A stretch of 64,000 nucleotides of DNA, taken from assembly GCF_009914755.1 (NCBI RefSeq), contig NC_060930.1; one strand, 5' to 3'. How positions within the stretch are numbered: the stretch's first letter is position 1; each line of letters opens with the position of its first letter. Below, in pieces: positions 11,701 through 24,404 of this stretch. The translations under genes and the position numbers were made by a program. The notes under the pieces are model-generated. The model was not told the DNA's origin. It did no database searches and saw nothing but the letters and a program-made list of their open reading frames with translations. Origin of the DNA: the human T2T-CHM13v2.0 reference genome, Homo sapiens.

Positions 11701-12976
11701 ACTGATTTTAGAACTATTTAAAAAAATAAATTGCAGCATAGTTTTGGCATTGCTTTATTTTGACGATAATGCTGCTAGAATTAGTATACTCTGTTTTCAA
11801 TGAGTGCTTTACATTGTGAACATAAAAAGGACTTTGAAAGTGAAAGAGAAAGGAAAGTACGGCCAGTTTTACTTCCAAATTCAGGAATTCTTGTTTTCCC
11901 AATTTTCTTACTGGAATGATTGGAAATTAAGGTGATTTGTGTTATTTTTGGTGGAGGTGGGCCGTAGGGTAATTGGGAAAGAGATGTCAATTGAAGGTTT
12001 TTGTGCTTTAGGAGAGTGAGGACTGTAAATGGCTTAGCTGCTGCTGAACTTTACAGACTGAACTTTCACAGAGCTCTTAGAGGTTCTCTACAAATGGAAT
12101 CCTTTTAGGCACTTGTGTTATAAAATGTTGATTGTAACATTTGAAATAAGTGTGAGTTAATGGAAAGGGCCTTGTCTTTGCCTTTAGGAAGTTTCTACTT
12201 TGTTATCCTAAACCTGCCCCTTCACACCTCTGTACTTCAGGAACCCTTGAAAAGTTCTCTCTCCCATTGAAGTGAAACATGGGTCTCATCAGAGTATTCA
12301 AATTTGTCTCTGTATTTGTTACAGTGTCTGTGTGGAGGAGGAGAACGTTGGCTATTATGTCCTAATTTTACATTTGATTAAACCTGTGACTTTTTTTTTC
12401 TTACTGCTAATTTTTAAGTCTCCCCACATCAAAGTTAAAAAGAAAAATAACACAATGAATAATCTTATCTTTTCATTTATGAATTAGAATTTATTTTTGA
12501 CTGTATAATGGATACTTAAATACATTTCACTTAGATATTTATACCTAAGCTAAACTCATTTTCTTATGACATTAGGCACAAAACATTGCATTTAATAAAT
12601 ATCTGGACAGTATTTATTATGAATGAGTGATGGTCTTTTTGAGATTAGAGCAGATAAATGCAGATTATAGGCAAAGAATTAGTATTTTAGCATCAATGCT
12701 GTGTCTTCCCAGTACAGTATCCAGTCTTTCCATTGAGAATTTCCCAAATTTTTCAGTTGTATATTCTTGTTTTAATCGGATTAACACAGATCTACTTCTA
12801 ATTTATGTATAAGAATGATGGGTGGTTTTGTCTTATGAAATATAGTTATTGACTTTTCTGTTATTGTTGTTCAAATTTATGACAAAAGGAACAAAAAAGC
12901 TTAGCTGATTTCGGCCGGTAAGTTTAATGACTACTACCTGGAAATTAAGTGTGAAAGTTGAAATACTCCTTTGCTC

Positions 12977-12990
12977 CCACTAGAGGGGGA
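12977..12990 (+). promoter_or_regulatory. Candidate CTCF motif (forward)
   Basis: CCACTAGAGGGGGA versus consensus CCASYAGRKGGCRS; matches the first 11 positions. Confidence 0.45.
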
Positions 12991-15162
12991 TTCCTTCCAA
13001 CTTAGGTAAAAATGCTCTTAGACTCAGCGTGAAAACCTTGTGTGACATTGATATTCCCTTTGTATTAAATTGAGGATAACCTCATGTTTTTAAAATCAGC
13101 TGATTTTCTGTAGTTGCTGATATTAAAATCTTACAGAAATAGAGGATGTAAAGGATACTTGAACTAGGGTACATATATATGTAAACAATAGTGCTTTTGA
13201 ACAAAACATAAATACTTTTGTAGAGTTGCTGTAATTAAATTCGTTTAAAGGTATATTAAGAGTTTCAAAACAATTCCCCCAGCCCTCCTGGAGATAGAAT
13301 CTGGGGTGAAGGGTGCCCTGGTGGGATCTGACTCCCTCCTCCCACCCACAAGGTCTGTCACTGTCTCTGTCTGCTGAAATAGCCACAGGGAGAGTTCTAA
13401 ATTTCACACGAAAGCTTTGATTTGCTCTCACCTCAAGTTGTCAAATATATTAAAGCCTTATCTTTAAATAGAGCTCTATTTGCTATTGAATTTTCTTGTT
13501 ACATTGACTTTTTATAATATGATAAAATATGCAGAACTCACTGAAGATTTTTTCTTGCAAAGTTAAACTGTAATATATTTTAAAAATAATTCTATTTGTG
13601 TTAAAAATAGCACATCAAGGGTGAGGTATGCAGATATGATCTATATGTGTAATTCACAAGCAAATGTCATACGATGTTCACAGTATTTAAGATTCAGCAT
13701 ATTTCCTGTTCGCGTTTTTCCTTTAAAGTCTCCAATGTTGATTAGAGGTTTTAATTTAAAAAATAGTTGAGGTTAGTAACCTAGCATTGTGAAAGTCAGG
13801 GCTTGGGAAATTCAAACATGTAATCTTTTTTCCTTTTCTTAAATGAAAAGTCTATAATAAGGCCTTGTTTCTAAATCTAACAGCCTTGGAAATTAAAATG
13901 TAAACAGAAATGCTGTCAGTGAAACTTACAATGATTTTTTCTACTATAATTGATCCAACATTTCAGTCTTTAGCCTAAAATCATATTTGGTATCAGCAAC
14001 ATATGGTTTTCTATGAAAACGAGGCTGCTCATCTCCATCCCTAATGGTAGTATCTTTCTTTTGCTTTCCGCACCAGGCTCTGCCAGTGCCAGGGGGTGGT
14101 CAGTGAGCCTGGCTTTCAGTGAAGCAGTTGGAGAAGACAATTTGCTTCCTTGTTTCTTCTTTTGACCCTTTTAACTTTCATACTGGATGAAAGTCTTATT
14201 GTCATGGCCTTCCTTTCTATATTTTCTGTCCACAAGGGAAGAATACAATTTTGTTTTATAGCAGGATACATTAGATAGGCCTATATGCCTTCTACTTAAA
14301 CACCTGCCACACATGCCTAGTTTTAAAAGGTTTAAAACTGACAGTGAAGCCTGTTACAGTCTGATATTGCCCACCCACCCCGTCTTCCTCTTTAAAAATA
14401 CTCAGATGTGTTCTGTTGCCTTCTTTCCTTGTTCTTTTCCATCGTGTATTGGTACTTTGCAATAGTCAAAGTTAAAAGCTTTACACACGACACTGAATAA
14501 TTATGTTTAAAAAACAGTAATTATCAATACACGTTTTGTTCCTCGCAGCTTTTTAAAATTCATGTTAATGAGCTCTGTCTTCTATGCATGAGACTGACAG
14601 GCAGTCTTGAAGTTTTGCCATCATTTCACAACTTGTTGCTTAGACACTGCCTGCCTTTTCCAGAGTATTGCTTTCAGGAACTCTTGCTCTGCAACATTCC
14701 AGAGATCCAGCGCTGCCCACTCTGATCTGAGCAGGACAAGAATCTACTGGTAGCACACATGCATAGTGAGATTGCTCTACAAAGGGCAGCTTCCCCTCAC
14801 TGTCTGTCAGTAAAAGACCAAAAGGCATATGCAACATGTTGTGATTTAGGTGAGAAGGATGATTCTACTCACTCCCTGGATTGTTTTTGAGGAACTTCAA
14901 CCACTACGTCCACATGATGGCAGATGGATTCATTTGATAGGAGCTCCCGCCGTCTTATAGAACTGAAACCCAGACGGTGACTGGGATTTCAGCCCAGCTC
15001 TTGAAGATACTCACAGATCTCTCTTTCTTGACAACTGACATAAATGGAATGCCAGTTTTCTCAGAACTCTCAATTCTAGGCCATGCCTGTGTCTGGTTTC
15101 TGTGGCTAGACTCAAAGAGGTTTTTGATAGTGCCTAAATTATGTTTTTCCTTATGATTTCAG

Positions 15163-15204
15163 GTTGAAGTCTTGGCCTCGGAGGATGCAGCCTTTGGACT
15201 CAAG
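15163..15204 (+). CDS. ARID1B: ARID1B alternative 42-nt cassette exon (VEVLASEDAAFGLK)
   Basis: Acceptor tgtttttccttatgatttcag|GTT and donor AAG|gtgtgt. Exactly 14 codons, no stop in phase 0, matching the phase-0 start of the 63030 exon. I recall this peptide preceding DLSGSIDD in some ARID1B isoforms. Confidence 0.85.
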
Positions 15205-15564
15205 GTGTGTAGTCTGGTGTAGTTCATTGTGGAGGTTTTTGTCAGTTCCTCCTAGGTGGATTTGAAGGTTCAACAGAGGGGACTTATTTTTTTTTTAATC
15301 ATAATCAAAACACTGAGGTTTAAAAATCTTCACAAGTTTAAGATTTCTCTTATTGTGATTAAGATTAGACTGTGGTAGTATTTTCATTACCTTCTTTGTT
15401 GTGTAGAAAGAAACAATACAGGAAAACAAGAGTTTCGTTTAGCAGTAATTGACTTTTAAATTTCAATTCGGCATAGCACAAGATTTGCTTAAATTTTGCC
15501 CCAGTTTGGGGCTACTGAAATGTAAGATGTTATCAGAGTGCTGTATTTAGTTCATAGCTCCAGT

Positions 15565-16290
15565 GTTATTCATTGATTTATTAAACGTCCCCGCTTCAGA
15601 CAGAACCCCTACCGTCCAGTTACAACCGGATTGAAAACCCAGCTCCTTCCCGTGAGGACCTCATGACCAGCTGACAGATCTAAGCCTATAAGCAGATAAA
15701 TCATCCCACAGGGTAGCTGTATCCATGCAAGAAACATGCCAGAGGCTGCGAGTCGGGTGGAGTGGAGAATGGGAAGGCTTTCTAGGAGGTGGATCCCTGG
15801 GCTGAGTTTTGAGGGCTTAGGTTATACTGAGGCAAGAAAGGAGGGCAGGAGAAATGAGAGCTATTTTCGGGTAGAACAGCCACCATGAAAAATATCTGAG
15901 GAAGCTAAAAGTAGTTAAGTTTCTGTCTGTGTGGCAAGATCTGAGACTGGAGAGGTTAAAGATAACTTTCTCCTATAAAAAATGGTAAGCTATTAAAAGA
16001 TTTTAAGCCAGGTAGTGGTCAGATTTGCAATTTAGACAGATGACTTTGGCCACTTTTTGGAGGACGGATTAACCAGAGACCAGTCAAAAGCAGTTGAATA
16101 GACCCAGTAAAAGTGAACACAGGCCTGAGCTGGCATAGTAGAAGCAGTGTCAGAGGGCAGAGGACTGGCAACCGCAGTGTGCAGGGTCTGGTGCCTGCTG
16201 GGGTATGCAGAGTAGGAAAAGAGGAGCTCAAGATGAGTCCAGGGACAATATGGTGTCACCCTGAGATAGAGAACACAAGAGGAAGAATTA
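15565..16290 (-). mobile_element. L2 LINE fragments
   Basis: gggaaggctttctaggaggtgg...gctgagttttgaggg; gattttaagccagg...cagatttgcaatttagacagatgactttggc. Confidence 0.65.
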
Positions 16291-16341
16291 CAGATTTTTA
16301 AAAATTATAATCTTCCAGACCTGAATTGTCGATCAAATTAC

Positions 16342-16473
16342 TTGCCTTTTGTACATATTTCCTGATAATTTTTAAATTTGTTAAATTTTGAGTAAATTGG
16401 GAGGCATTTGCCTTTTGTACATATTTGGTGATAATTTTTAAATTTGTTAAATTTTGAGTAAATTAGGAGACAC
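16342..16473. repeat. Tandem duplication, 2 x 66 bp
   Basis: Unit ttgccttttgtacatattt(cc/gg)tgataatttttaaatttgttaaattttgagtaaatt(g/a)ggag(g/a)ca(t/c) starts at 16342 and 16408; about 5 mismatches. Confidence 0.92.
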
Positions 16474-17214
16474 TTATTAGAGAACTCTGATTTCATTTTC
16501 ATATAGAGGTGTAGAAGTATAGGGTAGGTGCCATCAGTTACTTCGGAAGTCAGTTTGGGAGGATAGGAAGGTTGGTAGAAACTATTACAGAACACCAGGT
16601 ATTGGTGATGACCCTCACGTGACTCCTCCATGTGCTACATCTTTGGCTTGAAACCAAGTTGGATTATTTATATATACATATATATATTTTACCATTTTTT
16701 TATCCTATATGCTTGACATTTCAAAAGCACAGTCTACCAGTTGTACAGTAATGACAGGTAAGATGACACTGTAATGCTACCAAAAGCAAAGTTTCTGAGG
16801 TTACAAATGTAGCACAATTTTACATTCATAAATATATGAAGAAAATTAAATTAATACTTTATAAATACTTGATACAACTCAAGTTTATAACCCTAATAAA
16901 TTTTTTATGTTTCTGTATCTGCCAAAAATTACTAAAAGAAATTATTCTAAATAGAACCTAATTCAGTATTATTTACAGTATTTAACATATGGTTGTCTTG
17001 TGAATTTTTCATTTTTTATTTAATGCCCAGCATACATGTGGAATATTCATTGCATTTTTAATAGACCTGTAGGGTCAGTTCTTAGGAGCTCATTTTCATA
17101 ATCCTTCATACTTACTGAGTATGCAGCAACGTTATAGAAGATTAGTGTAGCCAGCAGCTCTCATAGTCTGCCCTGCTGTGTGAAGCTTCCGTGTTTGTTC
17201 TGTGGCCAACCTAA

Positions 17215-17502
<288 letters not shown>

Positions 17503-17648
17503 TCATAGCCTTAAATTTAATAAGTTGAAACAACAGTGAAAATTTTTTTCAACAATCCAGTGACTTTCACAGTAATAGATGCTTTTAGCTTTTGCTGATC
17601 TATACTGAAGTGTTTATACATATAATTAAAAATGGGAAATTTGACATT

Positions 17649-17650
<2 letters not shown>

Positions 17651-17696
<46 letters not shown>

Positions 17697-17901
17697 AGAC
17701 GGAGTCTCGCTCTGTCGCCCAGGCCGGACTGCGGACTGCAGTGGCGCAATCTCGGCTCACTGCAAGCTCCGCTTCCCGGGTTCACGCCATTCTCCTGCCT
17801 CAGCCTCCCGAGTAGCTGGGACTACAGGCGCCCGCCACCGCGCCCGGCTAATTTTTTGTATTTTTAGTAGAGACGGGGTTTCACCTTGTTACCCAGGATG
17901 G
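17651..17901 (-). mobile_element. AluYb8, 5'-truncated, human-specific
   Basis: Diagnostic 7-bp duplication (ggactgcggactgc), ccgcttcccggg and caccttgtt; all CpGs intact; pure 45-nt T tract; TSD gacatttcttttt at 17643 and 17902. Confidence 0.95.
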
Positions 17902-17963
17902 GACATTTCTTTTTACTGCTTCATTATCTGGAAGTCGGCAAGTATATTTTTGAATTCCAAAAG

Positions 17964-18318
17964 CTACCTACCTTCCTTCCTTCCTTCCTTCCTTCCTTCC
18001 TTCCTTCCTTCCTTCCTTCCTTCCTTCCTTCCTTTTCTTTCTTTCCTTTCTTTCCTTCCTTTCTTTCTTTCCCTCCCTCCCTCCCTTCCTTCCTTCCTTC
18101 CTACCTTCCTACCTACCTACCTTCCTTCCTTCCTTCCTTCTTTCTTTCTCTTTCTTTCTTTTTCTCTCTTTCTCTCTTTCTTTCTCTCTCTTTCTCTCTC
18201 TTTCTCTTTCTTTTCTTTTCCTTCCTTCCTTCCTTCCTTCCTTCCTTCCTTCCTTCCTTCCTTCCTTCTTTCTTTTCTTTCTTTCTTTCTTTTTTCTGTC
18301 TTCTTTTTTTTTCTTTCC
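17964..18318. repeat. Compound polypyrimidine microsatellite (CCTT)n/(CCTA)n/(CT)n/(CTTT)n
   Basis: About 355 bp of almost pure C/T, contiguous with the tail of the adjacent antisense Alu. Confidence 0.97.
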
Positions 18319-18587
18319 AAGACGGAGTCTCGCTTTGTCGCCAGGCTAGAGTGCAGTGGTGCGATTTCAGCTCACTGCAACCTCTGCCTTCCAGGTTCAA
18401 GCAATTCTCCTGCCTCAGCCTCCTGAGTAGCTGGGACTACAGGCGCGTGCCACTAATTTTTGAATTCTTAGTAGAGACGGGGTTTCACCATGTTGGCCAG
18501 GATGGTCTCGATCTCTTGACCTTGTGATCTGCCCGCCTCGGCCTCCCAAAGTGCTGGGATTACAGGCGCAAGCCACTGTGCTCGGCC
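18319..18587 (-). mobile_element. AluSc-like SINE
   Basis: tgtcgccaggct and ccaggatggtctcgatctcttgaccttgtgatc diagnostics. Confidence 0.9.
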
Positions 18588-19944
18588 AGAATTACCTTAT
18601 TTCATAAAGGTCTAGGTATTCAGCGTTAGGTTTTTAAACGCATTCACAATTGGTGTTTCTTCCTGTTTTTGTAAGCACTGGGAAAGGTAACTCAAGTGTC
18701 TAAGTCACTGTGGTAACACATGGCACCCTCTTGGCAAATGCACAGAACATTTCTGAGCCTGCTGGAGTGTGTGTCCTGTGTATGTCGCCGCTCCTTTTAG
18801 TGATGATCTTTAATGAGCCTTTATCTTTCTGTACTTTTTTTCCTACTAATTCTTTATACTTGTATGCTTTGCCTTCTCTTAAGCGAAATTAAATTTACAA
18901 GCTTAATATTGACTTAGCACAAATTTGTCAGTCTTACTGGAAAATGAGTTAAATACACTGGGACCCAGAAATGAAAACAACTTATTTTTGTATGTACATG
19001 TGGCGAAACTACAACCCAGGGAAACAAGTGTGCAGTCTCGCAAAACTATCATGACTAGCAAGGTTGATCTGAGAGTAACTTTTTACTCTAGTCAAATGGC
19101 AAATATCTATGTTCTACTTCTTACATCTTAATTTTGCACAAATAGAGATTCATTGTTTTGTTAGGCTTATCTCATTTAAAGGTAACTTAGAATTTGAAAT
19201 GCTGAAGCTGTTTCACAGTATAGTAGACAATAAGCACTTCCGCTGTTTTCCCGTGGTTTTAGTTTTTTCCTCTGAATTTAAGTAACTTTTATTTTCTTGA
19301 GTTTGTTTCTATACAGGTCTAATTAAGATAATTATTTTTAAATTATATCTACTTATAAACAAGAATTTGAGGTGAATAGAAGAGGTGCTTCAAAATAAAA
19401 AATGGGTGAATATATGCCTTTGTTAGTAAAGTTCTGAAACTGTAGACCACTATTCTTATTTTCAGCTTTGATCATGATTTGAATATATTATAAAGTTTAT
19501 AATTCTATAGAAAAATAAATCAGAAGTCCCAGCAGCCACCAACATGGGTTGGTTCTTTTTATAGGATAACCGTGCCTTGTATATCATTAATGAACTAACT
19601 AAAGCTGCTGTTGATAATGGGATGATAAATCAGCTAAACATTTATATGTGTACATATGTGATTACATTACTAAACATAGGGAAAAGACTGAAACATTGAC
19701 TTGTTGTTTATGGATTCTACATATAGTAGTATAGAAAATTATAGTAAGGGGTGTAAACAAGAAAGGGGTATGTAATTAGCCCTGGGTCATTAAAAAACAT
19801 GTAAACATAACTTAATAAACTTCTTAATAAATTTCTTAAGAAATCTTACTAATCTAATAAGTTACTTCAAAATTTCATGACTGTGAATGTTCTTCATCTT
19901 CTGATTAGGTGGCTAAGTCCAGAATTAGAAAAAAGCACGTTTTT

Positions 19945-20095
19945 ATTTAATCCACTCTCATATGAGACGTGGACACTGTTGTTATCCCCAGTGTTAGGTA
20001 AGGAAACAGGAACTCAGAGTCTAGAACTTGCTCAAGTTCACGCAACCAATCAGTAACAGAACTGGGATTTGCACCAGCAGTGTCAGCCCCAGCAC
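19945..20095 (-). mobile_element. MIR SINE
   Basis: ttatcccc...aggaaac...aacttgctcaagttcac...agaactgggatttg core. Confidence 0.7.
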
Positions 20096-20159
20096 CTTCT
20101 CTGTTTTCTGAATGTCCTGATCACTGATGGAACTGATAGGGTGTACCCTGTACCCGCCT

Positions 20160-20400
20160 CTCAGTCTTTACTCCCCATCTTCTTAGCCACCATCACCACT
20201 GCCCCACTCAACTCCTCTTACTAAGGTCCCCAACGACACACCCAGATCTAGCAGAGCAGTTCACTACTTGCCCTGTGCCTGCCTCCTTGCGCATTTGACC
20301 TAATGGACTTCTTCCTTGGCACACTCTCTTCCTGTGGCTTCCTCAGCAGCGTTTTGTTGATTCACCTCCTACAGGTCTGGCCTCGATTTCTCAGACTCGT
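20160..20400 (+). mobile_element. L2 fragment
   Basis: ctcttactaaggtccccaacgac...gcatttgac...ttccttggcacactctcttcctgtggcttcc. Confidence 0.55.
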
Positions 20401-20959
20401 CTTCCTCTTCACAGACAGGCAGTAATGTGTTCGATTCTCCTCTCTGCTACATAAGCCGCTAATACCCCACGTTACACCTTCCCCTCCTCCTCCAGGGTGT
20501 ATTCTTAAATATCCTGCCGAATGAATGAATATGCATAAAGCCATGACAAAGATGAAAACATGTATCTCTTGTTCAATACAGTGTATTTCCTGGGGTAAAT
20601 TCTTAGGGCTTGCCTATTTGACAATAACGTAATTTGATTCTCAAAATAATTTTTAAAGACTTTTCCCTTTGAAAGATGGAGGGACAGAAATATGTATTAC
20701 CAGTGTATTCATTTGCTATACCTGTCTTCCGGGCTAAATGGACATCAGAATTCCACAAAATCAAAAATATTTTGATAGGGTGTTTTGGCTGACATGTTCT
20801 TTGGGAGAAGAAAACTCTGAATTTTATGACTCTTTTTATAATATTTGATATAAACTATTAAAAATACATGTGGAGAGGTCAGTTTAAAATGAATTACAAG
20901 GATAATCAAGGGGAAGCATATTGTATTACTCTAAAAAAGAATGAGAAAAAGAAAAATGA

Positions 20960-21311
<352 letters not shown>

Positions 21312-23064
21312 TACACTTAACTTTAATCCTCTTTGGTGATAATTTTTAATATTTGTTTTAGGCACCTAAAATTTATTACTATAAAAGAGAAAGGTCTAAG
21401 CTAAAGTATCTGAACATAAGATGTTAAAGTAAATCCTACACTTGTATTACTTTTTACCTGTATTTTGGTTGATTAGATATCTTAGAGAAAAATAACATCA
21501 GCGTTCAAACTGGTCTTCCAACCCCCAACTAACAGAGTCCCTTAAATATCCCATGCCCTTTGCTGCCCTTAGCTTCCCTCCAGCCTAGTCTCCACCTTGC
21601 CTTTCCCCTGAAATGCTTACCCTTCCTCTTGCTGCATTTCAAAATCCTGCTTTCCCTCCAGGCTCCATTCTAACCTCTCTCTTCTATGATTTGTCTCGGC
21701 ATGGGCGCCTTCTGAGCACCATCCTCAGAGCTCAACAGTTCTCACTGCCTTTAGGACTCATTTGGAATTTCTCATCTGCCAACTTGTTTTGGTGTTCTTT
21801 TGTATTTGGGAGACAGCGTGATATGGCCTAGCCCAATTCTATTACGTGGCATTTTCCCCCATAATATGGTAAGCTTAGAGAATCCATTTTTTTCATCTTT
21901 TTATATCCATATTGACTTTCACATGGTAAACAGTGCATAAGTACTGATGATTAAGAGTTTTACTGATAGTGTTAACAATTGTCACTGCTAAGAGCATAAA
22001 ATGTGTGATATTAACATATCACTACTGTGTTCTTCTGTATTCTGGGATTTCCTTGCCGATTCTCCTGTTATCTGGGCTAATATGTGAGCTTGGCATTTCC
22101 TATTTAAGCTCTGTAATGCCCACCTTAAGGAAGATATATTCATTGTTAATGTTTGTTGAAGCTATTGAGTGGGTATGGCTGGCATCAAAAACTAGTTGGT
22201 TCCTTTTAACCTGGCTTATCTTAAATATGTTCATTAATCAGGTTCTGCAGTTGTATTCATTCATATCACTCTACTTCTTTCCACTGCTTTCCATTCAAAC
22301 AAATATCTATGGGATATACGTGTTATTTGTCAAGTACCAGGGATGCAGTGGTAAGAATAATAAGTCCTTGCTTCCACGGATCTTACATTCTGGACACAAC
22401 ATTTGGAATGATCTTATGTCAGAGAAAAATCCAAGAAGAGATGCAAAGTTTGGATATAATTGTATGCTTTTCTGTTGTTTAATTGTCTTAATTGAATCTA
22501 TTTATTGTATTCTACAAAATGGAATGGATTCCAGTTTGACCTAAGGAAATTATAAATAACAAAAGGATTAGTCACCCGTAAATATAATTTCAAATAGAAT
22601 AAAAGTGGAAAATTTTATTTTATCTTTTTAAAATAAGGTATTTTCAACTGTGGAAAATGTGTAGCCTGAGGATCATATTTGGCAGTGACTTAAATCAAAT
22701 TTGAGCTGCTTTCTGTCTTTTGACATCTGATCATTATGAAAGTATCTGTATTTCACTTCCCTCATATAAAAACAAAATGATGCAGTCGTTAACTATAGGA
22801 TTTATCATACTGGCTAAGGAGGAAACAGAAAAAAATACAATGGCAACCCATGTCTGAATGGGCCTCCTGGCTCAAGAACCAAATAATGACCTTTGGGAAA
22901 AAGCGGGAGGTTCACTTGTAGCTTCCTTTTCTGATCCATCTAACTTAGAGGGCTCCAGTTTGAATTGTGTTAAAAGTCCATTTGTTTTTAGTCATTTCTG
23001 ACTCTGTATCTTTTGTTACATTTTTCCAGTTTTAATCATTTCTCATTGCTCATTTTGGTTCTGT

Positions 23065-23220
23065 AGAGCTGTGCTATCCAGTGTGGCAGCCACCAGCCAT
23101 GTGTGGCTATTTAAAGTATTTAAAGCTAAATCAAATTCAAATATCATTTCTTCAGTTACACTGGCCACATCTCAACAATTACATGTTGCTGGTGGCTGCC
23201 ACACTGCCACAGTGCATAGA
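23065..23220. mobile_element. MER3/MER33-like hAT-Charlie MITE
   Basis: Inverted ends cagtgtggcagccaccagc ... gctggtggctgccacactg; internal gtggctatttaaa and cttcagttacactggccacat. Confidence 0.75.
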
Positions 23221-23825
23221 GAGAGGCGTCCATCTTAACAATGAGTTCTGTTGCCTGAGCTGGTCTAGAAAATACAGGTTCCAAGTATGTAGATGACACA
23301 GACAGTTTTTAGCATAACAGCCATTTATATAATATATAAATGTTCTAATAACAATTAGAACAGCCATTTTAAAAATTGATTTAAACACTAGGGATTTGAA
23401 AAGATAGTAGAAAACAGAAGGAATTTGCTGTTCAGGTAGAGTGCTATAAAGCAGAGGGGATGTTCTGCTTAGGAAAGAAAGATAAACTACTATAAAGTTG
23501 ACAAGTTTCATTAGATTTTGAGAATAGAAAAGTTTTAAACAGGGTCATGAAATTTGACATCCTTCTAGAGTGACATTTGTGATGGGTCATTAATTCATTG
23601 ATTTGCCTAAGATATGCCCCAGGCTACCAATATAGTATTTTGGATTTAGAGTGTTTAGTTTTGCATTGTAAGATTCTACCCAATAAAATAGTTATTTCTT
23701 TTATGAGTGTAACCACATGAAAACATATACTAATTTTCTGTTTAAAAACATTTACCATATATATTTTTTGTCAAGCTGCATTAACTCTGGTTCTTCTCTA
23801 CTCTTTGCGTCTTCTTAGCGGGACC

Positions 23826-23911
23826 TTTTTTTTCTTCTGTGAGACAGAGTCTCTCTCTGTCACCCAGGCTGGAGTGCAGTGGCACCATCTTGGCTCACTG
23901 CAAGCTCCACC
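23826..23911 (-). mobile_element. Severely 5'-truncated Alu (3' ~70 bp plus tail)
   Basis: gagacagagtctc...ctgcaagctccac flanked by direct repeat CTTAGCGGGA (23814-23823, 23912-23921). Confidence 0.88.
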
Positions 23912-24390
23912 CTTAGCGGGATGTGTTTTCTAGTGAATTTACTTGGCTAACTCTCTGAGTGAGTGTGACTATAAGTTAGGTGAAAGTATATTTAAGATAA
24001 CCAATGTCATTGAAACAAAACTAGCAAACAGTTTTTTTGAACTCATAATCTTATGAACTCATATTACTTTTCATAATATGAAAGATTTGTTTTTACATTT
24101 TAATCTTTTTTATTTAATTAAAATCTGTTCAAAACCTTTAGAGCAGTAGAGGACCAAGTTTATTCCATACTGTTTCAATATTGACTCAAACTTAAAATTA
24201 TAGAATATATATTGTTAAAGCAAAAAATTTACTGTTTCCTCTAAAAGAAAGATTCAAGGGGGTGTGGGGAGAGGAATCTGCAGTGTTTCTCTAGGACCTC
24301 AAGGATCTCAAGTTCTCCCGGATGTGGGAATCCAGGAATCCATATTGAGCTCTTCTCTTCTTTTGTTAGAAAATTTCCCAGCCTCTGCCT

Positions 24391-24404
24391 CTGCCATCTG
24401 CTGG
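24391..24404 (-). promoter_or_regulatory. Candidate CTCF motif (reverse)
   Basis: Reverse complement CCAGCAGATGGCAG matches CCASYAGRKGGCRS at all 14 positions. Confidence 0.6.

Noticed and set aside
17592-18527. Long 158-213 aa ORFs
   Set aside because: Translations of the pyrimidine microsatellite and Alus.
21969-22544. 191-aa hydrophobic ORF
   Set aside because: GTG start, T-rich intronic/L2-derived sequence, no recognisable family.
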